NCBI GenBank assembly: GCA_964443275.1
Contig: CAYUCE010000003.1
Location: 1 to 63,703, forward strand
Direction: 5' to 3'
DNA length: 63,703 bases
Source: an uncultured Thermotogae bacterium
Lineage (GTDB): Bacteria; Bipolaricaulota; Bipolaricaulia; CAYUCE01
Under the pieces are notes generated by a model. That model had not been told where the DNA came from and did not search any database. It was given only the letters and a program-made list of their open reading frames with translations. Made by a program: the position numbers and the translations under genes. This document shows positions 50,286 through 59,345 of this stretch, piece by piece (position 1 is the first letter of the stretch; each line of letters opens with the position of its first letter).

Positions 50286-51452
50286 ATGAAAGAAAATAAA
50301 TTATTATCCAAAAAGAAGCTTCTTTTGTATTTCTGCTCCACCAGCCACGCCTTTACTCACGCGGTTATGCTTTCTGTACCTCCGCTCATAGCTTTGATCA
50401 GACAGGAGTTTGGGTTTTCTTATACACAAATTTTCACTTACGTCACAATCTCGGGAATGCTCTATGGTTTTGGCGCCGTGCCGGCCGGTTACATCTCTGA
50501 TAGGTGGGGAAGTCTAAAAACCATCCAACTGGGAATTACCGTATCAGTAGCCGGTTTAATGGGCCTATTTTTCTCCTCCACCATATTTACCTTTGCCTTC
50601 TTTTTGATAATGATGGGCATAGGTTCTTCTGTATATCATCCTTCAGGCCTAAACGCTATCTCTAAGGCTTTCACCCAAAAACGTGGGGATGCTATGGGAA
50701 AGCACGGCTTTATTGGAAACTTTGGGCAAGTTATCGCTCCCACTGTTGCCGCTTTCCTGGGGGCTGAATTCGGTTGGAGAAGCGGATTTTTGGTATGGGG
50801 AATCTTAGGTATATTTCTTCTAATTTGGAGCTTCTATCTTATAAAGATGAGAACAGAAAAGGAGGTGGAAGGTCCATCAAAAGGTTACTTTGGATCATTG
50901 CGGGCTATAATCAATTTTTCAGTGGGGTTGGTGTTGATTTTGACCATTTTACGGGGACTTTACTATCGGGGGACAGTAACTATCACCCCCTCTTATATTA
51001 CAGATGTATTAGGTCGGAGCGTAATGCAGGCCGGTTTGCTAACTTCACTACTTTTAGGTGCGGGCGGGGTAGCTCAACTTATCGGAGGTCGATTAGCTGA
51101 TAGGTTAGGAACCAAAAAGCCGATTATAATATTTACCATCCTTTCAATACTATCCCTTAGCTTCATCGTGCTGGCCGCAAACTCTTATCTGTTGATAGCG
51201 GGAGTTATACTGTTTGGTTTTTCATTCTTCGGTGCCCAACCGGCAGTGAATACGCTGATAGCAAAAATTGCCCATGAATCAATCAGGGGAGGGTTTTATG
51301 GATTGACTTTTCTAACCAGGTTTGGGATGAGCTTTTTGTCCCCGCTTTTGGCCGGAGTGATCGCCGACAGCTTCGGTCTTACCTACCCTTACTTTATGTT
51401 TATTTTCTTTACAGCGCTAGCTTTAGGGTCGATTTTCTTGATCAAATGGTAG
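50286..51452 (+). CDS. MFS transporter
   Basis: About 12 predicted TM segments; G..SDRWG and GRLADRLG loop motifs. Confidence 0.85.
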   Translation: MKENKLLSKKKLLLYFCSTSHAFTHAVMLSVPPLIALIRQEFGFSYTQIFTYVTISGMLYGFGAVPAGYISDRWGSLKTIQLGITVSVAGLMGLFFSSTIFTFAFFLIMMGIGSSVYHPSGLNAISKAFTQKRGDAMGKHGFIGNFGQVIAPTVAAFLGAEFGWRSGFLVWGILGIFLLIWSFYLIKMRTEKEVEGPSKGYFGSLRAIINFSVGLVLILTILRGLYYRGTVTITPSYITDVLGRSVMQAGLLTSLLLGAGGVAQLIGGRLADRLGTKKPIIIFTILSILSLSFIVLAANSYLLIAGVILFGFSFFGAQPAVNTLIAKIAHESIRGGFYGLTFLTRFGMSFLSPLLAGVIADSFGLTYPYFMFIFFTALALGSIFLIKW

Positions 51453-51476
51453 CTATTTAGCCGTATGAAAACCTTT

Positions 51477-51605
51477 GGAATGGCACAGAGGCCATTCCCT
51501 ACATCTGGCCTATCATAAAACGTAGGGTTGGGTCTCTGTGCCCAACCGAATGCATGCTTGTATCATAAAACGTAGGGTTGGGTCTCTGTGCCCAACCGAA
51601 TGCAT
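51477..51605. repeat. cluster of three REP-like hairpin elements (one inverted, two in a 50-bp tandem)
   Basis: Identical 45-bp copies at 51511-51555 and 51561-51605, each with a GGTTGGG/CCCAACC stem. An inverted diverged copy at 51477-51502 has a GGAATGGC/GCCATTCC stem. Confidence 0.7.
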
Positions 51606-51607
51606 AC

Positions 51608-52636
51608 TTATTGTAGAGTATTTCTAATCGAATTCTGAAAAGGCTTTTGCAAAACACCTTTTTCGGTGATTATACAACTAATCAACTCATTTGGAGTTAC
51701 ATCAAAAGCCGGGTTTTTGGCCTTCGTTCCTTCCGGGGTTACAAGTTGACCGTTAAAATGGGTAACCTCCTCTGGTGGTCGCTCTTCAATAGGAATCTGG
51801 TTTCCACTCTTTATGGGAAAATCGATAGTAGAGATGGGAGCTGCTACGTAAAAAGGAATATGGTGATAATCAGCCAACACGGCCAATGAATAGGTGCCGA
51901 TCTTATTGGCCGTATCCCCGTTGGCAGCAATCCTGTCTGCCCCTACCACCACCCTGTTCACCTCACCTTTACTCATAAAATAACCAGCCATATTATCAGT
52001 TATCAATCGGTAAGGGATCCCCTCCTTTTCTAGTTCCCAAGCTGTAAGCCTGGCACCTTGGAGAAGGGGTCGGGTTTCATCTACCAGTACCTGGATCATT
52101 TTACCTTCATCAAATGCGGCTCTAATTACTCCCAGGGCGGTACCGTAACCGGCAGTAGCTAATACACCGGCATTGCAGTGAGTAAGCACGGTGTCGTTTT
52201 CCTCGATTAGCTTTGCTCCCTGCCGACCAATTCGTCTGTTAATTTCAACATCTTCGGTTTTTATTCGGTCGGCCTCTTGGAGTAACAGGTTTTTTATTTG
52301 ATCCAAGCTTTTCCGGCTATTTTTTTCAAAAACTTCTCTCATTCTGGTAAGCGCCCATTCGAGATTTACAGCGGTAGGTCGGGTATCTTTTAATTCTTTA
52401 ACTATTTGGTCAAACTGTTCTTTTAGCTTTTCTTTTGATGTAAGCTCATTTACCCCTAAGACTACTCCGTAAGCTGCTGCCACCCCGATAGCCGGGGCTC
52501 CCCGAACGGCAAGCTTTTTGATAGCTTTACATATTTCTTGATAATCACAAGTTTCAATCACTTCTTCTTTCTGGGGAAGTTTAGTTTGATCGATAAGCTT
52601 TACTTTGCCCTTTTCGTAGGTAAGTGGGGTGATCAA
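51608..52636 (-). CDS. mtnA: S-methyl-5-thioribose-1-phosphate isomerase
   Basis: eIF-2B alpha/beta/delta family. VRGAPAIGV, HCNAG.LAT, VDETRP..QGARLTA.EL, GADRIA.NGD.ANKIGTY. Confidence 0.9.
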   Translation of the reverse strand: MITPLTYEKGKVKLIDQTKLPQKEEVIETCDYQEICKAIKKLAVRGAPAIGVAAAYGVVLGVNELTSKEKLKEQFDQIVKELKDTRPTAVNLEWALTRMREVFEKNSRKSLDQIKNLLLQEADRIKTEDVEINRRIGRQGAKLIEENDTVLTHCNAGVLATAGYGTALGVIRAAFDEGKMIQVLVDETRPLLQGARLTAWELEKEGIPYRLITDNMAGYFMSKGEVNRVVVGADRIAANGDTANKIGTYSLAVLADYHHIPFYVAAPISTIDFPIKSGNQIPIEERPPEEVTHFNGQLVTPEGTKAKNPAFDVTPNELISCIITEKGVLQKPFQNSIRNTLQ

Positions 52637-52637
52637 C

Positions 52638-53531
52638 CTACTCTGCTCCTTTCAAAGTCTGAGCGGCCCGTGACAAGTTCTGTAGTTTCCTAAAAGCGGT
52701 TTGCCTTTTTAAATTGCGAAGACCACAATCCGGATTTATTAGCTTGATCTTATCTAGAGGGGCTTTTTTTACCAGACTCACTATTTCGGCCAGTCCTTCT
52801 ATTTCTGAGCTTGTGCTGTTTACACAGCCAAAGGAAAGTAACTTATCGGACTTCCGAAAAGCTTCAGTTTTAAGTAGATCCAAATTCACCGGCGTTCCAG
52901 CAAATTCTAAGGCTAGTAGGTCAAGTCCATCAATCCTCAAGATTTTCTCAAATAAACCGGGGGTGAGCTTCCCACAAACGTGCAAGATACTCGAGGTCTT
53001 AATGAAGGAGAAAAGAGCTTCTAATTGCAAAATCGCCGGCTCCCAAGGTCCTACCATTCCCAAAGTGGGCTCATCGATCTGGATATAGGGAAGGTCTAGC
53101 TTTCCATACTCATCTATCACCCATTTTTGGGCTTGTGTAAGGTCTTCTAAGAGGGTTTGATCAGGATATCCTACCCCGGATTCATAGGGGGCAGATGAGG
53201 AGATGGTCAATCTATAGGCCAAAGTTAAGGGGCCAGTAAGTATCCCTTTGAAGTAAGAGGAATCACCGACATATTGGATAGAAGCTTCCAGATCTGTCAC
53301 CGCAACCGATCTTTCCCGCACCAGTTTGCCGGTGGCGGTAAGACTATCATCTATTTTTTCGATCCCTTCCAAATCATTTAGGAAAAGCTCTCGGAACCCG
53401 ACCCTAACCTGACCATCAGATATAAAATCTATACCTGATTTTAACTGATCATCAATAGCTAATTTTCTGCTGTCTGCGATTGTTTTGCCGGCCGGAGGGT
53501 AACTTCCAATTACCGTGGTATGGACCTTCAT
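52638..53531 (-). CDS. cobalamin-independent methionine synthase (MetE C-terminal domain-like) family protein
   Basis: 297 aa; the MKVHTTVIGSYPP N-terminus and IQIDEP motif resemble short MetE-like proteins. The Zn ligands were not confidently mapped. Confidence 0.6.
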   Translation of the reverse strand: MKVHTTVIGSYPPAGKTIADSRKLAIDDQLKSGIDFISDGQVRVGFRELFLNDLEGIEKIDDSLTATGKLVRERSVAVTDLEASIQYVGDSSYFKGILTGPLTLAYRLTISSSAPYESGVGYPDQTLLEDLTQAQKWVIDEYGKLDLPYIQIDEPTLGMVGPWEPAILQLEALFSFIKTSSILHVCGKLTPGLFEKILRIDGLDLLALEFAGTPVNLDLLKTEAFRKSDKLLSFGCVNSTSSEIEGLAEIVSLVKKAPLDKIKLINPDCGLRNLKRQTAFRKLQNLSRAAQTLKGAE

Positions 53532-53568
53532 TCTACTTCACTCCAGAAGTTAGGGAATAATTTCACTT

Positions 53569-53808
53569 TTATAAATTTGGATAATATACCTCAAAGGAGT
53601 TAGATTGCTCCAACCTTTCCACCATTGCTTCCATAACCTCGCCCCATTCCATGGGCATCCCCAAGAGTATCTGTAGTATCAATTCAGGCTGAGGAGACTT
53701 ATTTACTGAAATACCAACCAAGCCGTATTTTTCTACGACCTGAATTAAAAAATCCCAAAACTCCTCATCTTCCATGGCCTCCACATCTTTTCCGGTCATC
53801 CTATTCAT
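53569..53808 (-). CDS. hypothetical protein
   Basis: 79 aa acidic ORF in an operon-like arrangement; no family recognised. Confidence 0.4.
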   Translation of the reverse strand: MNRMTGKDVEAMEDEEFWDFLIQVVEKYGLVGISVNKSPQPELILQILLGMPMEWGEVMEAMVERLEQSNSFEVYYPNL

Positions 53809-53821
53809 TTATCGCTCATCC

Positions 53822-54013
53822 TCATCTTCGCCTGCTCTCTCTTGGCAAAAATTCACCACAATGTGGGCAGTAGGTAGCACCTTTGCGGTGATATTTTCCG
53901 CATTGCGGGCATCGGGAATATTTTTCCGACTTTGATATAAAGAAACGATTATATATGAATCTGCCTACTAAGTAGACTATCACAAAAAGAAGAGTAAATC
54001 CAATAAAATGCAC
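53822..54013 (-). CDS. small membrane-anchored zinc-ribbon protein
   Basis: N-terminal TM helix followed by CPQCG-x10-CPHCG. Confidence 0.5.
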   Translation of the reverse strand: MHFIGFTLLFVIVYLVGRFIYNRFFISKSEKYSRCPQCGKYHRKGATYCPHCGEFLPRESRRR

Positions 54014-54094
54014 CTGAACTCACAAAACTCCCGGGTTAAAATTGAGAAATCTCGATTTTCCGCATTGGATATATTTTATTATAATGTTCAAGCA

Positions 54095-55111
54095 ATGATC
54101 AACATCGATGGGGCAATTGGTGGAGGTTCGGTAGTAAGAATAGCAATTGGACTGGCCTGCGCTTTAGAAATACCAGTTTGCGTATTTAACATAAGGGAGG
54201 GGCGGTCCAAGCCGGGACTGCAAGCACAGCACCTTGCCGGGGTGAGGGCATGTACTAAACTTACAAACGCCGAGGTAAAAGGAGTAAAACTTGGTGCACA
54301 GGAAATAGAGTTTTATCCAGGTAAAGGTTGTAAGAATCAAATTAAGGTTACCATCCCCACCGCCGGCTCTGTAGGCCTTGCCCTTCAGCCTATTCAATTG
54401 GCGTGCATAAAATCCCCACATAAAGTCGAGGTAAAGGTTAATGGCGGTGCCACATTTGGCAAATGGGCTCCCCCAATTTTTTACCTAGATAAGGTCAACT
54501 TTGCCCTCTTGGAACGCTTTGGATATCCTTCGGAAATTAAAATTCAAAAACACGGCTTTTTCCCCAAAGGTGGAGCCACAATCAAAGCTACATTTCATCC
54601 TTCCTCTGTGGGGAAAAAGATTGAAATTATAAAAAGAGGGCCCATAAAAAGAATCGGGGGTTATTCAATTGCTTCTTATCACCTGGAGAAACCGGAAGTG
54701 GCCAAAAGACAGGCAGAAGCGGCACGCGAGGTCCTTACCAAAAAACTAGCCATTTCAGATTCGGTGGTTCAGATAGATTATGATTACGTTCAGGCTCAAT
54801 GTCCGGGCTCAGGCATAGTCCTATGGGCATTGTGTGAAAATACCATAATTGGTGCTGATTCATTAGGAGAAAGGGGTAAGCCTTCCGAGCAGGTTGGAGC
54901 CGAAGCTGCCCGGGATCTAATTGAAACAATCCAAACCGGAGCCTCCTTTGATAAGTATATGTCCGATCAAATTATGCCCTTCATGGGGCTGTACGGGGGC
55001 GTATTTAGATACGCAGAGCTTACCGATCACATGAAAACCAATATCAAGATAGTGGAGAAAATAACTGAAAAAAAGTTTACAACCGAGGCTGATTTTATTG
55101 AAGCAGTTTGA
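54095..55111 (+). CDS. rtcA: RNA 3'-terminal phosphate cyclase
   Basis: MINIDGAIGGGSVVR, PGLQAQHL, HGFFPKGG and the catalytic His context TDHMKTNI. The ATG at 54095 fits the family N-terminus (ORF track starts at 54008). Confidence 0.85.
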   Translation: MINIDGAIGGGSVVRIAIGLACALEIPVCVFNIREGRSKPGLQAQHLAGVRACTKLTNAEVKGVKLGAQEIEFYPGKGCKNQIKVTIPTAGSVGLALQPIQLACIKSPHKVEVKVNGGATFGKWAPPIFYLDKVNFALLERFGYPSEIKIQKHGFFPKGGATIKATFHPSSVGKKIEIIKRGPIKRIGGYSIASYHLEKPEVAKRQAEAAREVLTKKLAISDSVVQIDYDYVQAQCPGSGIVLWALCENTIIGADSLGERGKPSEQVGAEAARDLIETIQTGASFDKYMSDQIMPFMGLYGGVFRYAELTDHMKTNIKIVEKITEKKFTTEADFIEAV

Positions 55112-55112
55112 T

Positions 55113-55418
55113 TTATTTGTTAAGCTTTTTACCTAATACCTTCTCCACATCTTCTACCTTGCCCTTTATCCTCCCTTTTGCACCTTCCCGGTCATCAATA
55201 TTTATATAGGTCAGGACCCGTGATGATTTTTTTCTCATTTGCTGGTGGCATTTTTTGATCAAATCAAAAACCTGATCGGTATCCCCTTCAATGATGGTGG
55301 CCATAGCAGTAAGCTTGTAGTCCAGACCGCTTTTATCTACCAAATCGAGTATCTTGGCCACGTCTTGAGATAAACTTTCCGTCTTACCTATCGGTACTAC
55401 ACTAAACTGAGCAATCAT
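55113..55418 (-). CDS. MTH1187/YkoF-family (DUF77) thiamine-binding-like protein
   Basis: MIAQFSVVPIGK...S..VA....L...SGL.Y.L..M.T..EG pattern. AAGGAGG SD before the ATG at 55418. Confidence 0.8.
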   Translation of the reverse strand: MIAQFSVVPIGKTESLSQDVAKILDLVDKSGLDYKLTAMATIIEGDTDQVFDLIKKCHQQMRKKSSRVLTYINIDDREGAKGRIKGKVEDVEKVLGKKLNK

Positions 55419-55577
55419 CTCTTTGGCCTCCTTGAGTAAAAGTATCAGTTTAAATTTAAGAAACCAATCTATAACAAGCAACTGTTGGTAACCCCGGATA
55501 GCTTCCAGTAAATTCCGCTAAGAGGTCAAACTACATTCTTAATGTTTAACTTTGGATGAGCGGTTTCACGGAATTTC

Positions 55578-55605
55578 TTGACAAATCGGGAAAAATGCCT
55601 ATAAT
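55578..55605 (+). promoter_or_regulatory. sigma70-type promoter of the LIV substrate-binding-protein gene
   Basis: TTGACA (55578-55583), 16-nt spacer, TATAAT (55600-55605). Confidence 0.55.
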
Positions 55606-55611
55606 TTAAAT

Positions 55612-55901
55612 TCACGTAACTCAAGAACGAATTTGAGGCAGAATTAAAATCATGAAGAAAAATAAGAAATACAGTGAGGTGATGAGGAAGGCAGACATCA
55701 GCTTATCTATACTCTATCTGATTCTGATTAGGTTTATTTAGCCACATCGCTTACTGTTAAGTGATGTCGCTAAACTGGGAAGGCCAAAGCCTGTAAGGCT
55801 TGGCCGCTTTATATTATCAGGAGGTGATAGATGAAAGATTGTTTTTGGGCGTTCTAAAGTGAAAGTTCTTTGTGATACTATAACCAAAAGGAGGTACAAC
55901 A
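55612..55901 (+). promoter_or_regulatory. long structured 5' leader (leader A) with attenuator-like terminator; homologous to leader B
   Basis: About 290-nt leader. 13-bp hairpin at 55741-55770, terminator-like hairpin at 55782-55805 followed by GCTTTATATTAT, and ordered sequence words shared with 61059-60887 on the minus strand. Confidence 0.5.
55782..55817 (+). terminator. leader-internal intrinsic-terminator-like hairpin (attenuator)
   Basis: GGCCAAAGCC-TGTAA-GGCTTGGCC then a U-rich tract, 85 nt upstream of the start codon. Confidence 0.45.
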
Positions 55902-57185
55902 ATGAACAAGGAAGTATTTGAAAAAAATGGAGATAAATCCCTTTCCCGGCGAAGCTTTCTCAAAGGAATGGGAGCCGCGGCCGGAGCGGCAGCAATGAGC
56001 AGTTCATTTGGATTCAGTGTGATGGGGCAGGAGAAGATTAAGCTGGGATGTTTGATGGCCCTTACCGGCGGTTTAGCAAAGTATGGTCCACCAATAGCGG
56101 ATGGAGCCAGGTTTGCGGTAAAGCATATAAATGAGGCCGGCGGGGTATTAGGTAAAGAGGTAGAATTACTAGTTAGGGATACTCAGACCAAGGAAGGAGC
56201 AGGCCGAGACGCAGCCGCAAAACTGGCGGATGTTGAAAATGTACCAGCAATCATTGGGGCACTCTCCAGTGGGACCACAGTAGCAGTCTCCTCAGTTACT
56301 ATACCTAAAGAAGTGGTGTTGATTTCACCTTCTGCAACTGCACCGGCCTTAACAGATTTGGACGATAATGACTACGTTTACCGAACTTGTGTATTAGATA
56401 AGGTTCAGGGAGTCATTCAAGCCAAGCTGGCAGCTTACCTGGAATATGAGACTGTTTCAGTAATCTTCGTCGACAACCCGTATGGGAAGGGATTGGCTGA
56501 AGTTTTCAAGGCCAAGTTTGAGGAACTGGGTGGGGAGGTCACCGCTATGGTCCCCTATCCAGTTGAACTACCTACCTACGGGGGAGAAGCGGCGAAAGCA
56601 GTAGATCCCAACCCGGATGCAATAAACATCATCGGTTATCCAGCAGGAGGAAATAAACTATTGATCAAGACACTGGAGCTTGGTTACCAAGGGGAGTATC
56701 TGTTCCCCGATGGAATGAAAGGTGAAGGTGTGTCTCCCGGCCCCACCTGTGAATTGGATGCTTCACCCGAAGAACAATACATTGAGGGTTCCTTTGGTAC
56801 TGCTCCTGGTTCACCCGCCTTTGGTCCCCCGAAGCAATTTAGAAAAGACTACGAGGCAGAATACGGACCATCCGCAGTACCTTTCTGGGCCCAATGTTAC
56901 GACGCTACCGTCTCTGTTGCACTGGCTATGCAGGCAGCAGGAGAAGCATCCGGTCCAGCTATTAAGACTAACATAAGAAAAGTAGCCAACCCACCGGGTA
57001 CAGAAGTTACCTACGGTGAATTGGATAAGGCCTTAGCCCTGGCAAAAGAAGGAAAGGAAATTAACTGGCAAGGAGTTTCAGGACCGGTAACTTTCGATGA
57101 AAACGGAGACATGGCAGCCGGAATTGTAGAAATATGGGCAATAAGAGACTGCAAAGTCAAAACTGTTTGGCTGGTGGAAATGTAA
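55902..57185 (+). CDS. branched-chain amino acid (LIV-type) ABC transporter substrate-binding protein, Tat signal
   Basis: SRRSFLKGMGAAAGAAA twin-arginine signal; type I periplasmic binding fold motifs; AAGGAGG SD. Confidence 0.9.
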   Translation: MNKEVFEKNGDKSLSRRSFLKGMGAAAGAAAMSSSFGFSVMGQEKIKLGCLMALTGGLAKYGPPIADGARFAVKHINEAGGVLGKEVELLVRDTQTKEGAGRDAAAKLADVENVPAIIGALSSGTTVAVSSVTIPKEVVLISPSATAPALTDLDDNDYVYRTCVLDKVQGVIQAKLAAYLEYETVSVIFVDNPYGKGLAEVFKAKFEELGGEVTAMVPYPVELPTYGGEAAKAVDPNPDAINIIGYPAGGNKLLIKTLELGYQGEYLFPDGMKGEGVSPGPTCELDASPEEQYIEGSFGTAPGSPAFGPPKQFRKDYEAEYGPSAVPFWAQCYDATVSVALAMQAAGEASGPAIKTNIRKVANPPGTEVTYGELDKALALAKEGKEINWQGVSGPVTFDENGDMAAGIVEIWAIRDCKVKTVWLVEM

Positions 57186-57229
57186 AGATAGGATTAATCA
57201 GCACGTCGATTTAATTTAATAATAAAAGA

Positions 57230-57274
57230 ATGCCCGCTCGCTTAACTTAAAAGTGAGTGGGCATCATTTTTTTT
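57230..57274 (+). terminator. rho-independent terminator
   Basis: 14-bp stem ATGCCCGCTCGCTT / AAGTGAGTGGGCAT (two G-U pairs), 7-nt loop, then T8. Confidence 0.8.
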
Positions 57275-57328
57275 AGAGTGATTTAAAGTTACAAAAGGAG
57301 TAGAAAATAGTAAGGCTATTAGGGAGAG

Positions 57329-58357
57329 TTAGCCTTTAAGAATTTTAGAAACGTGCTTTTCTTCACCCAGCAGACCGTGAGGTCGGGTAAGGAGGATCAC
57401 TTCCAGCAAAATACCGATAGTAATTATGCGCAAGGCTGCGGCCCTGGTTTGTGACAGGGGTAAATAACCGGTGATAAATTCAGTCCCTGCCCAAATTCCC
57501 CAAACTACAAAAGCTCCCAAAATAGCACCCTTGTTATTTCCGCTACCTCCGGCGATTAACATGACCCAAACCAAGAAAGTCCCAAAGAGGGGTTCGAAGC
57601 TACTTGGACCTACATACATTGAGAAATGGGCATATAAGCTCCCTCCCATACCCATAATCATGGCTCCTAAAACCAGAGACTGGAGCTTAAAGCGGAATAC
57701 ATCTTTTCCAGACATAGCGGTTACAGTTTCATCTTCTCGGATAGCTCTTAAGACTCTACCCCAAGGAGATCTTATGATCCGTTCGATAGCTAGATAAATA
57801 AGAAAAATAATTATTAAGAGTAAGATTAGGAAAAACCAATTATAAGCACCACCAATTAGGTTTTGTAACCATCCGGGCAGTTGGGGATGGGCTTCCAGAA
57901 AACCTTGGCTGAGCCCTCGAATGGGTCGATAAAGTGGAGATGGAATGTGTTTTATCCCCCAAACCCCGTTGGTAAGCCAACTTTCTTGCTTAATGACTAA
58001 CCTGATTGCTTCCGCTATTCCAATTGTAGCAATTGCCAGATAATCCTCTTTTAAACGTAAGGTAGGTATACCGATTAAAAGCGCAACGATTCCGGCCGCA
58101 GCTGCCGCTCCTAGAAGACCTAATATAAAAGGTAGCTGGTATCCTCCTACGACCCTCCAGGCAGTCGTCTCAGGTGGGAATCCAGAAATAAAAGCTGAAG
58201 TATAAGCGCCAACCGCATAAAAACCAGCGATTCCGATATTGAATAGCCCGGTATAACCCCACTGGATGTTTAAGCCTAAGCAAAGTACTGCATAGATCCC
58301 TGCGGTTATGGAAAAGAATATAATGTAATTGAGAATTCCGATGAACGAATCCATCAA
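57329..58357 (-). CDS. livM: branched-chain amino acid ABC transporter permease (LivM type)
   Basis: Multi-TM protein, LivM-like length and conserved GYTGLFNIG motif. Confidence 0.9.
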   Translation of the reverse strand: MMDSFIGILNYIIFFSITAGIYAVLCLGLNIQWGYTGLFNIGIAGFYAVGAYTSAFISGFPPETTAWRVVGGYQLPFILGLLGAAAAAGIVALLIGIPTLRLKEDYLAIATIGIAEAIRLVIKQESWLTNGVWGIKHIPSPLYRPIRGLSQGFLEAHPQLPGWLQNLIGGAYNWFFLILLLIIIFLIYLAIERIIRSPWGRVLRAIREDETVTAMSGKDVFRFKLQSLVLGAMIMGMGGSLYAHFSMYVGPSSFEPLFGTFLVWVMLIAGGSGNNKGAILGAFVVWGIWAGTEFITGYLPLSQTRAAALRIITIGILLEVILLTRPHGLLGEEKHVSKILKG

Positions 58358-58360
58358 TAT

Positions 58361-59263
58361 CTACCTCCTTCCTAATAATCCAGTGGGCTTCAGCAGCAAC
58401 ATGAGAATCATTATAGCAAAAGAGATCGCCGGTTTATAAGCAGTGGAGATAAAGGCTGTAGAAAGTTCCCCAGAAAGCCCGATAACCATGCCTCCCAGCA
58501 TAGCTCCATATGGACTGCCAATTCCTCCCAAAATTACCGCGGCAAAAATAGGTAACAGCATTTGCCATCCTAAGGGCGGGGTGATAAATCTATTCTCAAT
58601 CCCCACTAATATACCTCCGGCAGCAGCTAGCGCTCCTCCTATTCCCCACGTCCACATTATTACTCTCTCTGTATCAATCCCGGTTATTCTTGCCAGTTCC
58701 ATATTATCCGCCGCCGCGCGCATTGCCTTTCCCATCTTGGTATGCTTTAAAAAAAGGTGCAGGAGAGCCACCAAAACTATGGCAGTTACAATTATAAAGA
58801 TTTCATCCGGCTTAATTCTTACTCCCAGCCATGGTATTTTTCTGGAGATTTGAATTCCCTTGAAAAAATATTGAGGCTGAGGTCCCCAAACAAATTGGAG
58901 AATATTTCTTAGCGAAAATGAGACCCCCACCGCAGCAATCAACAATATAATTGTGCCAGCTTTCCTTAATCTCTTAAATAACAGTCTATCAATCACGATG
59001 ACCGAAACTCCGGTGAAGAACATGGAGATGATTAAAGCCAACACCATAGGTAAGCCAAAAGAAAGGGGGCCAAATGACTGAGCGGAAACCCCCAGTCCCC
59101 TAAACAGGGTCACGCAAGCCAGAGCTAGATAAGCCCCCAAAGCCATGACATCGCCGTGGGCAAAATTGGCAAACCCCATAATTCCGTAGGTTAGGGAAAG
59201 TCCTATCCCTCCCAAGGTCAAGATACTACCCCAGATAATTCCATATACAGCCAGTTGCAACAT
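58361..59263 (-). CDS. livH: branched-chain amino acid ABC transporter permease (LivH type)
   Basis: Multi-TM protein, GM.NFAHG motif. Confidence 0.9.
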   Translation of the reverse strand: MLQLAVYGIIWGSILTLGGIGLSLTYGIMGFANFAHGDVMALGAYLALACVTLFRGLGVSAQSFGPLSFGLPMVLALIISMFFTGVSVIVIDRLLFKRLRKAGTIILLIAAVGVSFSLRNILQFVWGPQPQYFFKGIQISRKIPWLGVRIKPDEIFIIVTAIVLVALLHLFLKHTKMGKAMRAAADNMELARITGIDTERVIMWTWGIGGALAAAGGILVGIENRFITPPLGWQMLLPIFAAVILGGIGSPYGAMLGGMVIGLSGELSTAFISTAYKPAISFAIMILMLLLKPTGLLGRR

Positions 59264-59345
59264 AACTTAGTTCAAATCTCCAGTTTCAGTATTTTACTTG
59301 CTTCAACCAAATAAAAAATTAGACAGCCAAAACCTAAACCTATAT

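Noticed and set aside
51511-51605. The 50-bp tandem repeat as a mini CRISPR array
   Set aside because: There are only two repeat units, the 5-nt spacing is far too short for spacers, the units are internally palindromic like REP elements, and no cas genes are present.
54095-55111. RtcA lacking its catalytic histidine (an Rcl1-like inactive cyclase)
   Set aside because: The DKYMSDQ segment first looked like a His-to-Tyr change. However, E. coli RtcA (sequence recalled from memory) also has Tyr there. The adenylated His lies further downstream and is present here (TDHMKTNI).
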